64,000 nucleotides of DNA from positions 1,760,001 through 1,824,000 of the forward strand of contig OZ271918.1 of the NCBI GenBank assembly GCA_965602015.1, in the 5' to 3' direction. This stretch comes from Salinispira sp. (GTDB taxonomy: Bacteria > Spirochaetota > Spirochaetia > DSM-27196 > Salinispiraceae). The position numbers and the translations under genes are program-made. Below the pieces are notes generated by a model. That model was given only the letters and a program-made list of their open reading frames with translations. It was not told the origin of the DNA and searched no databases. Numbering within the stretch: position 1 is the stretch's first letter; each line of letters opens with the position of its first letter. Shown here piece after piece: positions 31,057 to 40,533 of the stretch.

Positions 31057-32967
31057 CTATTCCCCGGCTTCCATGGAAATAACCAGGGCGCTCATGGGCT
31101 GCATTGTGTAGCGCGCGCCGAGGGCCGGGTCACTGCGATTGGTCAGCGTTTGGGCGCTGACGGTCTGCACGCTCCCCGAGCCTCTTTCGGTCAGCTGAAT
31201 CTGCTGTTGTGCTTCGAGACCCGCCAGTTCAAGTGCTGTCTCGGGTACTTTGAAAACGAAGTCCTGCACCTGGTCGTCGAAGTTAACAATAAACAGCAGG
31301 GCTTCCTGGTCGCTTATTCTGGCATAGGAGAACATGCGCCGCTGAGCATACCCGTCGGACTGATTGGCCTTGTTCGCGAAATGGAGCTCATAATAACTGC
31401 CGTTTCGCACTGCATGACTGGTGCCCGCAAGCTGCAGGATGTCCCGGTAGTCCGATCGAAGCTGAAGCTGAGCTTCACTCAGAGCTCCGCCGTCGAAAGC
31501 GCCCCCGTTGACCCAGGCCTGGAACTCCGGCACGCCCCAGTAGTCGAATATAGTGGTGCGATTGTCATCTCCGCCGAAACCCTCGGGGCCGTCGGCGGCC
31601 ACTCCGAGCTCCTGTCCGAAGTACACCATAACCGGCCCGCTTGATATCGTCGCGCTCATAAGCATGGCCGGCAGGGCTGCCCGGGGCTCCCCGGCGAACC
31701 CGCTGCTGGCAATCCGCATCTCATCGTGGTTCTCCAGGAAGTACAGCATATTCGGGCGAATCCCTTCAGCATCCCGCAGCGCCTGCTGCAGCCTTACCAG
31801 GCTTCCGCCGCCCTTGATAAGGGGCACCAGGGCGTCGTACAGCCCCACCTTGTCGTACAGCACATCGAAGTTGCCCCGGGAGATATACGGGCGGTATTGG
31901 CTCACATTGTAAATTTCGGCAATAAATGTTGAATCGGGAAAATCAGCTTTCACCTGGGGTATCGACCACTGCCAGAACTCGACGGGCACCATTTCGGCCA
32001 TATCAACCCTGAAGCCGTCAACCCCCATCTCGAGCCAGTACCGCATAATGTCAAGCATCTTTACCCAGGTCGAGGGAGGGGGATCGAATGACGCGTCGGG
32101 CCCGCCAGAGAAATTTCTCCCGTAGTTAAGCTTGATGGTCTCAAACCAGTCATTGATGCTCGGCTGGGGAGAAAATACATCGTTTCCCGTAGCCTTGGCC
32201 GGAGATTCGGCGAACATCCCGTCCTCCAGGGGATGGGTCCGATCGGGTCCCATGGGATCGTGACCGGCGGGCACCTCAAAATCACCGGATGGAAGGTAGT
32301 AAAAATTGTTGTCCCGGTGGAAGGGCAGCGTCGGATCGTCCTCGGCTCCCAGGTTGCTTACTCCCCTGTCCAGAAGGGGAAGAATGTCGGAACCGTAATC
32401 CCGAGCCACGTGATTACCCACCAGATCGATTATGACCTTTAGCCCCGCATCATGAGTCCGTTGGACAAGCGCGCGAAACTCATTGATGCGATTATCAACA
32501 TCTTCTGCGAGCATGGGATTCACATCGTAGTAGTCTTTAATGGCGTAGGGAGAGCCGGCAATGCCCTTAATGACGTCGGCATCATCACGTTCGATTCCGT
32601 ATTCACTCCAGTCGCTCATGGTGGCATGTTCAATAACCCCGGTGTACCAGATGTGGGTAAATCCCATCTCCCTCACTTCCCCGAGGGCTTCCTCGGTGAA
32701 GTCGTTGAAGGTTCCAACTCCGTTTTGCTCAAGGGTTCCGTGAATGACGTTGCTGTCATTGGTATTTCCGAACAGGCGCGTCATTACCTGATAGATTATC
32801 ATCTTGTTGTCTTCCAGCCGGGACAGATCCTCATTGGGGTCCGGCGCAGGGGCGCTTGGCGGAGGAGGCAGGGCCTGGCTGCCGGTACTCGTACAGGCAG
32901 CTAAAAACAGCACTACCGCAATCAGCGGGAATAATTTCAAAAGCCTTTGCATCACTTTACTCATCAA
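31057..32967 (-). CDS. GH13 glycosidase lipoprotein (GH13_38-like alpha-glucosidase)
   Basis: Lipobox LAAC; IIYQVMTRLFGN, GSPYAIKDY, GFRVDMAEMV, AEIY, ENHDE. Confidence 0.88.
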   Translation of the reverse strand: MMSKVMQRLLKLFPLIAVVLFLAACTSTGSQALPPPPSAPAPDPNEDLSRLEDNKMIIYQVMTRLFGNTNDSNVIHGTLEQNGVGTFNDFTEEALGEVREMGFTHIWYTGVIEHATMSDWSEYGIERDDADVIKGIAGSPYAIKDYYDVNPMLAEDVDNRINEFRALVQRTHDAGLKVIIDLVGNHVARDYGSDILPLLDRGVSNLGAEDDPTLPFHRDNNFYYLPSGDFEVPAGHDPMGPDRTHPLEDGMFAESPAKATGNDVFSPQPSINDWFETIKLNYGRNFSGGPDASFDPPPSTWVKMLDIMRYWLEMGVDGFRVDMAEMVPVEFWQWSIPQVKADFPDSTFIAEIYNVSQYRPYISRGNFDVLYDKVGLYDALVPLIKGGGSLVRLQQALRDAEGIRPNMLYFLENHDEMRIASSGFAGEPRAALPAMLMSATISSGPVMVYFGQELGVAADGPEGFGGDDNRTTIFDYWGVPEFQAWVNGGAFDGGALSEAQLQLRSDYRDILQLAGTSHAVRNGSYYELHFANKANQSDGYAQRRMFSYARISDQEALLFIVNFDDQVQDFVFKVPETALELAGLEAQQQIQLTERGSGSVQTVSAQTLTNRSDPALGARYTMQPMSALVISMEAGE

Positions 32968-33240
32968 TACCGTCCTTCTTTAAGCGCCGGGAATTAAAAA
33001 CCAACCCGGCAGCCGGGAATGTCGTGTCTACCGCCAAGTATGACATGAAATCCATAACGTGGCATCATGAAGATGCGAGCTTATGGATGTTTAGGGATAG
33101 TGTTTTTTTATTATGAGCATAAAATTTAATGGAATAAGTAGGCTTCCCGCGGAAAATCGATGTAAAATAGCCGGACAAAGCACTGTCGATGGCCAGCGAG
33201 CTGTCGTCGGTGTGATACCCTTTACTGAGTGGTATGATGC

Positions 33241-33738
33241 ATGATTAAAAAGGATTTTAGCCTTACGATATCCTCAGACTGGATGGAAATGCTCAGGGTA
33301 AATGAGCAGGCCCGGCGGTTTTTCCAAAGCTGCAATCTCCCCCGGGAAACCGTGGACACCTTTACCATGGTGGCATGCGAACTGGTAGAAAACGGCATCA
33401 AGTACGGGGGGACGGGAAACATAAAAAATGCTCCCCTCACACTCGCTCTTGATATCGATGGTCAGACCATCACCATTCAGGTATCCAACAGCACCAGCAG
33501 TGAAAACGGCTATCATCTAAGAGAACTGGACAGGACGCTTCAATGGATCCGCGGTTTTCAGGATCCCTTCCAGGCATATATTGAACGTCTCAAGCAAATT
33601 TCGAAGGAACCTTCAAATAAGGGCACAAGCGGTCTGGGAATTGTGCGAATCGCATATGAAGCCCGGGCGGCAATTGACTTTGTCCTCAGCGAGGACGATA
33701 CCCTCGAAGTCTCGGCGATCGCACGAATTTCAAAATAG
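33241..33738 (+). CDS. GHKL ATPase / anti-sigma-type Ser kinase (SiaB/Slr1658-like)
   Basis: N-box ELVENGIKY, IQVSN, QAYIERL, G-box SGLGIVRIAYE; start uncertain. Confidence 0.75.
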   Translation: MIKKDFSLTISSDWMEMLRVNEQARRFFQSCNLPRETVDTFTMVACELVENGIKYGGTGNIKNAPLTLALDIDGQTITIQVSNSTSSENGYHLRELDRTLQWIRGFQDPFQAYIERLKQISKEPSNKGTSGLGIVRIAYEARAAIDFVLSEDDTLEVSAIARISK

Positions 33739-33747
33739 GAGTGAGTC

Positions 33748-34125
33748 ATGAAAAGATTTAACGGCATTGAGGACGGGCCCCTGAAAGTTATCCGCAAAGA
33801 TGGGGAAAATCAGATTTCCGTATTTTTTTCCGGCAAAAGCATAGTCCGGGATCCATCTGAACTCCTGCAGCCGGCGCTCTTCGAGTTGCTTGAGGAAGCC
33901 GAGGACACCGGATCCCGGCTGGTCCTGGACTTTTCATCCCTGGAGTACATGAACTCATCGACCTTTACCCCGCTTGTCAAAACGCTGGAAAGAGCCCGAC
34001 TGGGCAAGGCCTCGGTAACGGTGATATACGATCAAAACGCCAAATGGCAGACAGTGTCCTTCACGGCGCTCATGATTTTTGACAGCGATGACGGCCGGGT
34101 CACCGTCAAGGGGATAAGCGAATAA
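33748..34125 (+). CDS. STAS-like phosphoacceptor protein (SiaC/Slr1659-like)
   Basis: GKS..RDP, LVLDFSSLEYMNSS (candidate phospho-Ser), WQ..SF. Confidence 0.75.
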   Translation: MKRFNGIEDGPLKVIRKDGENQISVFFSGKSIVRDPSELLQPALFELLEEAEDTGSRLVLDFSSLEYMNSSTFTPLVKTLERARLGKASVTVIYDQNAKWQTVSFTALMIFDSDDGRVTVKGISE

Positions 34126-35538
34126 ATGTCCCGAGACGACCTCAGCTATTCCGGCACCCTTGTCGACAGCGGGAAATCACTATCGGTAAGGGTGCGCATC
34201 GCTTCGCGTTACTCCCTATGGCTGCGCTTTGTCGGCAGGGAACCCCGGATCGTCGAAAAGCGCTTTGAGAAATTCAAGCTCCAACTAGAGGAACGGACTG
34301 TTGAAATGGGGCCTTGTGATTTGCGTTCGGATATCGGAGGGCTGGACGGAGAGTTGCGCCTCATCCCCCTGCGGTCAATTACTGACTTTGAAAAACTGCT
34401 GTTTCGCTCCAGAGTTTCGATTCTCGAGTCCGCAGCCCTCAATCTTCCGCTCATTCTCAGCTATAAAAACAGCATCGATACGGACTTCTCGCTGTTTGTG
34501 TCGGACCTGACCTATGACCTGAGCGCTTTTCGCGCCACATTGGATGAGATAGATGAGAACATCGCCGATGAACCAGAGCCCGTGCGCTCGGCCATCCGTT
34601 CTGGAATTATAGAAAGCGTCGGCGGTGATCTCATGGAAGTGCTCGAAAAGAAACACAAAACCCTGATCCGGATTACGGAAAACTGGACGGAAAAACAGCA
34701 CGAGCATCACGGCTATTTCTTCCGGCGCCAGTTATGGAGCATCATTCTCAGCTCGCCCATCATGACCCGGACAAACACCAAGCCCAGGGGCTATATCGGC
34801 GACTCCGAGATGATGCATATGATCTATCTCAATGATTATCAGGGCGCCAGCACCTTTGGGCAGATTCTGCACAAGTACTCAGTCGATCAGCCCGCAGCCC
34901 AGGCGGTGCGCAATCGCCGCAAGGATCTGTCCGAAATTCTGAGAAGGTTTATGGATGGGTGGGAACCTCAGGAGAGCCAGGGGGGAAAAGATGCCATGCG
35001 GGTTCTCTCGGTCGCCTGCGGTCCGGCCATGGAGCTTTCGGATATAATAAAAACCCGTGAAGATTGCTTCAGGCTTCATTTCTCCCTCCTCGATCAGGAC
35101 CCTCACGCCTTGGAGGAAGCCGCTTCTGTGGTTGAGAGCATAGAGAAAAAGCTCGACAGGCCCATCTCGGTTGACTTTCTCAAGGAATCGGTTCGAACCA
35201 TGCTGGTAACCCGGGAGCTGCAGGATAGATGGGGGCGTTTCGATTTTATCTATTCCATGGGTTTGTTTGATTACCTCACTCCTCCGGTTGCCAAGGCGGT
35301 AATAAAAAAACTGTACAATTTGCTGCTTCCCGGCGGCGAGATGATCATCGGGAACTTCTCAGTAGACAATCCGACCAAAACCTACATGGCATATTGGATG
35401 GACTGGTCTATAATATATAGAAGCAGGGAAGAAATGTACGCCCTCGGCGATGATCTTCCCGGCGCCCACACTGAGGTGGGGGTGGATGCTACGGGGATCC
35501 AGTTGTTTCTCCGGATTAATAAGGCGAAAGCGGAATGA
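34126..35538 (+). CDS. Class I SAM-dependent methyltransferase, PhcB-like
   Basis: KPRGYIGDSEMM.MIY, AVRNRR, SAM motif VLSVACGPA, LLDQD, FDFIYSMGLFDYL, GNF, MDW..IYR; 470 aa. Confidence 0.75.
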   Translation: MSRDDLSYSGTLVDSGKSLSVRVRIASRYSLWLRFVGREPRIVEKRFEKFKLQLEERTVEMGPCDLRSDIGGLDGELRLIPLRSITDFEKLLFRSRVSILESAALNLPLILSYKNSIDTDFSLFVSDLTYDLSAFRATLDEIDENIADEPEPVRSAIRSGIIESVGGDLMEVLEKKHKTLIRITENWTEKQHEHHGYFFRRQLWSIILSSPIMTRTNTKPRGYIGDSEMMHMIYLNDYQGASTFGQILHKYSVDQPAAQAVRNRRKDLSEILRRFMDGWEPQESQGGKDAMRVLSVACGPAMELSDIIKTREDCFRLHFSLLDQDPHALEEAASVVESIEKKLDRPISVDFLKESVRTMLVTRELQDRWGRFDFIYSMGLFDYLTPPVAKAVIKKLYNLLLPGGEMIIGNFSVDNPTKTYMAYWMDWSIIYRSREEMYALGDDLPGAHTEVGVDATGIQLFLRINKAKAE

Positions 35539-36953
35539 CGACTTCCGGCGATGTAAAAAACAAGCGTAGCAGGTTCGGCGACCGGGTAAAGCTGGACAAC
35601 ACCCCGGCAAATGAGGCTATTGACCGCAACGACTTTGAATGGTACCAGCAAAATATTGTCCATTCCTGGCTTCAAATAATAACCGCCCTCACCTTCGTTT
35701 TGGTCCCCCTGTTCTTTGTACTCGATATTGTGGTCACTCCCTCCGACCTTCTCCTGGATTTCGGGATTTTTCGGGCCAGTTCCACCATTATCGCACTGGC
35801 TCAATACCTGGTGGTCCGCCACACCCGGCCGCATAAGTACTCCTTCCTTCACGGGTATTTTGTGTCCCTCCATGTTGGGGGAGTCATCGCGCTGATGACC
35901 GTGTATCTCGGGGGGTTTCAGTCCGGCTACTATGTAGGACTGATAATGGTCATCATCGGCGCAAACTTGCTGATGCCATGGCACGCCAAACACACGGCGA
36001 TTAATGTGGCCATAATCATTGGCATGTATGTCAGCCTGAATCTGATATTCAGCGACACCGTCGATTGGATCAGCGCGGCGAACAACCTGTTTTTCCTCCT
36101 GGGCACCTCAATCATTTCCGTTGCCATCAATCACGTCCGATACAGCCTGATCCAAACGGAATTCTCGCTGCTGGTACAGTTGAAACAGGCCAGGGACGCC
36201 CTCTGGAGCGAAATGGAACTTGCAAAACAGGTACAAACCGCTTTGCTTCCCCAGGATTTACACATACAGGGTTATGAAATCTCGGTAACCTTCGAACCGG
36301 CCAAAGAGGTGGGCGGCGACTATTATGACGTCATTCAAACTCCCGGAGGTTCGCGGTACATCGCCATCGGCGACGTCGCAGGGCATGGCTTGGACTCGGG
36401 ACTCATTATGATGATGGCCCAGACCGCGGTAATGACTGTTGTCCAGGGAAATGAGGGCTGCTCGCCTTCGGAGGTGCTGCAAAGCGTCAACGCCGTCCTG
36501 CGGGAGAATATTCAGCGACTCGGGGCAAACCATTACATGACCATGACCGTTATCAAGCTCGAAGACGATACCATGCACATCGCCGGCCATCATCAGGACA
36601 TCATCGTCTATCGACACAAAAGCACCCAGGTAGAAACCCTGTCGGTGTACGGAAGCTGGCTCGGCATTACAGACGACATTAGCGGGTACGCTAAAACCAC
36701 CTCAATTCCCATGGCTGAAAATGACGCGTTTCTGCTTTTTTCTGACGGCGTCACAGAAGCCAATTCCGAATCCCGCGGCATGTTCGGTCAATCGCGCCTG
36801 ACCTCAATTTTCCAACGGACCGCCGCCTCAGGCCCCAGGGAGACCCTTCGGGAGGTCAGGGCTGCGGTAACATCCTTTCAGACTGAACAGGATGACGATA
36901 TGACCATGATCATGGTCAAAAAAACTTCGACTCTCCCCCCATCGCAGCGATAA
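35535..36953 (+). CDS. Membrane sensor (5-6 TM) fused to a PP2C/SpoIIE Ser/Thr phosphatase
   Basis: VGGDYYD, IGDVAGHG, FSDGVTE, DDMT metal motifs; coiled coil ELAKQVQ. Confidence 0.9.
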   Translation: MTTSGDVKNKRSRFGDRVKLDNTPANEAIDRNDFEWYQQNIVHSWLQIITALTFVLVPLFFVLDIVVTPSDLLLDFGIFRASSTIIALAQYLVVRHTRPHKYSFLHGYFVSLHVGGVIALMTVYLGGFQSGYYVGLIMVIIGANLLMPWHAKHTAINVAIIIGMYVSLNLIFSDTVDWISAANNLFFLLGTSIISVAINHVRYSLIQTEFSLLVQLKQARDALWSEMELAKQVQTALLPQDLHIQGYEISVTFEPAKEVGGDYYDVIQTPGGSRYIAIGDVAGHGLDSGLIMMMAQTAVMTVVQGNEGCSPSEVLQSVNAVLRENIQRLGANHYMTMTVIKLEDDTMHIAGHHQDIIVYRHKSTQVETLSVYGSWLGITDDISGYAKTTSIPMAENDAFLLFSDGVTEANSESRGMFGQSRLTSIFQRTAASGPRETLREVRAAVTSFQTEQDDDMTMIMVKKTSTLPPSQR

Positions 36954-36998
36954 AACGCCCAATGATACTATTAGCTCAGCGCGAAGGTAACAGGCTCA

Positions 36999-37937
36999 AT
37001 GACCGGAAGTAAACGCCTGATCACCGGTTACATCCGGATAATTCGAGTACCCCTGGCCTCAAGCGCCGCAGTCTGCGCGCTGGCCGCAGCCCTTCTCAGC
37101 GGACATACAATAGGAGGCGACGCACTCGAAACAGCCTCCCTCGTGGCAATGGTCCTGACAGTGTTTTTTCTCGCCTCGGGGACCATGCCGCTCAATGACC
37201 TCATGGATATTTCCGCAGACCGGATAAATGCGCCGGATCGTCCTCTGCCCTCCGGCATGATCAGCCCGGGCAGCGCGCTGGCCATTCATGGGATACACAG
37301 CCTGCTGGGTTTGATTGTCGCCGTATCTGCCGGCTTACCCGCCCTGATCTTTAGCGCGATAATTTACATCAACTCTAGCCTGTACAGCCTGTTCAAGAAG
37401 CGCCTTGCTTTTATACCCAATCTTCAGGTGAGCTTCTCTGTGGCGGCAGTGTTCCTCGCCTATCCTATCTTTGCAATATCCGCCCCCGCACAAATCCGTG
37501 AGGCAGTGAGCGGCGGGCTTCTGCCGGTGATCCTGCCCCTGGTGTTTTTGATAAGCCTGCAGCTGGAACTGGCCGGCGATATTCTTGATGCTCGCGGCGA
37601 TGGGGACGGCGGCGGCAAATCAATTGCCGTCTCATGGGGGCTGCTTACCGCCAAATTGCTTTTCGCGGCAATTGGCCTGGCTAATCTTGGGGTCTCTGGA
37701 ATGATACTCACCGGCGCATTGGAGTCCTCGGATTCCGGGGTACCGGGTTTTATCAGCAGAGGCATGGTAATTTTCGCTGCAAGCGCGACCGCCCTGTTTA
37801 CCCCGGGCTTCATCATAGCCACCTGGGATCCCGTAAAAAGCCGGCAAAGGGGAAAAATCGCAATAATTTCCTACTTCATTTTTATGACCATGGTAGTAAT
37901 GGGGGGAGCCTTGTTCTACCGTATAGCGGAATCTTGA
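36999..37937 (+). CDS. UbiA family prenyltransferase (DGGGP synthase-like subgroup)
   Basis: NDLMD...DRINAP.RPLPSG; second Asp motif DILDARGD; multi-TM. Confidence 0.85.
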   Translation: MTGSKRLITGYIRIIRVPLASSAAVCALAAALLSGHTIGGDALETASLVAMVLTVFFLASGTMPLNDLMDISADRINAPDRPLPSGMISPGSALAIHGIHSLLGLIVAVSAGLPALIFSAIIYINSSLYSLFKKRLAFIPNLQVSFSVAAVFLAYPIFAISAPAQIREAVSGGLLPVILPLVFLISLQLELAGDILDARGDGDGGGKSIAVSWGLLTAKLLFAAIGLANLGVSGMILTGALESSDSGVPGFISRGMVIFAASATALFTPGFIIATWDPVKSRQRGKIAIISYFIFMTMVVMGGALFYRIAES

Positions 37938-37992
37938 ACAGCTTTGCTATGTCTGGTATCGTTTTCTGATCAAAAACTCTATAGGCGGCATT

Positions 37993-39024
37993 ATGACAAA
38001 TACTCATCGTTTGACCATTACGCTGAGCTTCGCATTTTTTTTATTTTTCTCCTGCAGTGCTCCCGAACCCATCGACCCGCCCTCGATTACATTGACCAGA
38101 GAAGATGATACCATTCATATCCTCGGTACCTTTCACAAAATGACCGAGGCGATGTATTCGGAGATAACCTCAAGGGGAATCGCTGCGGAGTATTTTTTTG
38201 ATACGGCGACCATGTTTTTTTCCGAAGCCGGTGGTGATCCGATGACGAGGGCTGAGTTTGAACAGCTGCAAAAGCTAAGAACCGGGGACGGCGCCGGTCG
38301 CCCGAGCGTTGAAGATTTGCTGAGCCTATGGGATGCACCGATGCGAGAGGAGTTCCAAAATCTGGTAAATGACTACCCCCTCCTGGACCATACGGGTCGT
38401 CAGGCAACGCTTTATGCTTCCAGGCCTCACTATGCGGTAGATTTTCTTGAAACTGATCTTATCCCCAGAGCCTGGGGAATGCCCGTAAACTTCTCGATAG
38501 ATTCCATCTATAAAACTATGGCAAAGGAGCGAGGGTTTGCGGACAATGCGCTCGATGACCAGTTAATGATCTGGGAACTGAAGGATACCCTGGCGGATGA
38601 CGACGCGTTTATGGAGTATTTATTTTGCATGCTTCGCTTTCCGATGCAGCGGGAACAGATCGAAGCTGATCGTCTTGAAAAGCTGCAGTTATATGCAGAC
38701 AGCTGGAGCTCGGGAAAGCTTATTAGGATTGAGGATTATGACTTTGAGCATGATGACCGAGCCTGGAATGAACTTGACGCGGAGCTCCGTGCGGTTTTGA
38801 ATAATTTCTCCAGCAGCTGGCTGTGGAAACCCCGGGAAGAACGCTGGGTTTCGGTGATTGACCAGAACCTGTTGGAGAATCCCGGGCCGCAGACCCTTGT
38901 GCTGGCCGTAGGTTACGGACACCTCATGAGTCCGCCCTCCGAGTTTATTCCGCTCCTTGTGGCCGACAGTTGGGTGGTTGAACAGCAGCGGTTCGAGATT
39001 ACCGAATCAGCGAAGGAACAGTAA
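37993..39024 (+). CDS. TraB/GumN (Tiki-like) family lipoprotein
   Basis: Lipobox FFSC; ILGTFH, FSE, REERW, AVGYGHL motifs. Confidence 0.7.
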   Translation: MTNTHRLTITLSFAFFLFFSCSAPEPIDPPSITLTREDDTIHILGTFHKMTEAMYSEITSRGIAAEYFFDTATMFFSEAGGDPMTRAEFEQLQKLRTGDGAGRPSVEDLLSLWDAPMREEFQNLVNDYPLLDHTGRQATLYASRPHYAVDFLETDLIPRAWGMPVNFSIDSIYKTMAKERGFADNALDDQLMIWELKDTLADDDAFMEYLFCMLRFPMQREQIEADRLEKLQLYADSWSSGKLIRIEDYDFEHDDRAWNELDAELRAVLNNFSSSWLWKPREERWVSVIDQNLLENPGPQTLVLAVGYGHLMSPPSEFIPLLVADSWVVEQQRFEITESAKEQ

Positions 39025-39054
39025 AACCAGTCAGCGTATAAGCAAATAACGGGT

Positions 39055-40449
39055 TTACGATTGGCTCTGTGGGGCTTGAACCTCAATTCGGGGTATTGTC
39101 ATGCGGTAGCTGACGCCGTTGCCAGGGCTGCTTTCGACGCTGATCCTGCCGCCGACGGCCACCAGCAGATTATAGACCAAATTCATTCCAAGTCCGGTGC
39201 TGCCCTTGCCCCTGGCTGTGGTAAAAAACGGTTCAAAGTGATGCTTCAAGGTCTTCTCATCCATTCCCGATCCATTATCGGCGTAGCCCAGTTCCAATTG
39301 CCCGGCGCGAAGTTCAAATGAAATAGTAATGCGTCCGCCATGGCTGTTAATCCCGTGGGTCAGGCTATTACTGATAAGATTAGAGTACACCTGCCACAGA
39401 AGCCCCGGATACATTGCCAGGCGCAGACCTTGGGGTCCCTGAACATTCACGTCGAGATCTCCGCGGCTTCTGAGCTGCCCCTCCAAACTGCCCACGACCA
39501 TTTCCAGTTCATCCCTGATATCAACAATGCTGGCGGTCTGATGATGCAAATCTGCGGCGATGCGTTTGAAATTGGTCACCAGATTCCGGGCCGCCCCGAG
39601 ATTCCTCTCGGCAGCCTGGACGGCTTCAAGACCGGTACGGGTGAAATCCTGAAGCCGCGAACGGGTTAAATCACCAGAGGAAATGCTGCCGGATATTGAT
39701 TCGAACTCATTAAGGAGGTGACTGACGATTGTCACACTGTTTCCCAGGGGAGTGTTGATTTCATGACTGATACCCCCAACCATGGACCCCAGGGCGGCAA
39801 GTTTCTCCGATTCCACCAGTGCATTGGTGCGTTCCTGAACCGTCTCTTCCAGTTTTTCATTAATGCCTTCCAATTCAGAAAACAGATTTCTCGTCTGTTC
39901 GTTGATCGAAGTGCCCATAACCGCCGCCAGAATTATTAGGATGATAACCGCAAAATAATTATGGGCATACTCTTCCATTGGAATGCTGCTCTCGGGAACA
40001 ACCATGGCAAAAAAGTAATAGCTGATTATCGCAAGCGACAGGCCGGCGATGAGCACACTGTCCCGACGCTTGAGACTGATCAAGCCTGCGAGCAGTATGG
40101 TGAGCACGGAAAAGAGACCGAGATTATAGAGAAGCTCATGCCTCGGCGGCTCGGCGAGGTATACGGTTGAACTCAAGATGCTTAAGGAATATAAGAGGGT
40201 CAGAAGCACCGCAGGAGTGAAGCCGCCCCGATTAAGCAGCCAAAGATTCCCAAGCAGCAGCACGATCAGGATGGCCAGCATCGGGATCTTTGCCGTATAG
40301 CCTTCCAGAACCCATGCAAGACCGGTAAACGTAAGCGCGGACGGCACGAACAACATGTGGAGAAAAAAAAGCGCCCGGGCTCTTCGGTATGTAAGGGCTG
40401 ATTCACCCATGTACGCATCGAGGAATCGCTGAGTAAAGCTCTGATTCAT
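39055..40449 (-). CDS. Multi-TM sensor histidine kinase
   Basis: SEKLAALG..GISHEINTPLG, NSLTHG, DNGSG, FFTT, GLGM. Confidence 0.92.
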   Translation of the reverse strand: MNQSFTQRFLDAYMGESALTYRRARALFFLHMLFVPSALTFTGLAWVLEGYTAKIPMLAILIVLLLGNLWLLNRGGFTPAVLLTLLYSLSILSSTVYLAEPPRHELLYNLGLFSVLTILLAGLISLKRRDSVLIAGLSLAIISYYFFAMVVPESSIPMEEYAHNYFAVIILIILAAVMGTSINEQTRNLFSELEGINEKLEETVQERTNALVESEKLAALGSMVGGISHEINTPLGNSVTIVSHLLNEFESISGSISSGDLTRSRLQDFTRTGLEAVQAAERNLGAARNLVTNFKRIAADLHHQTASIVDIRDELEMVVGSLEGQLRSRGDLDVNVQGPQGLRLAMYPGLLWQVYSNLISNSLTHGINSHGGRITISFELRAGQLELGYADNGSGMDEKTLKHHFEPFFTTARGKGSTGLGMNLVYNLLVAVGGRISVESSPGNGVSYRMTIPRIEVQAPQSQS

Positions 40450-40533
40450 ATTCGTTTCTAAGTATACGTCAGAAAGCCCTGACTTTCACATACACAGAAC
40501 AGCGCTATTTTTCTGTATTTGCCCGCCAGGCAG

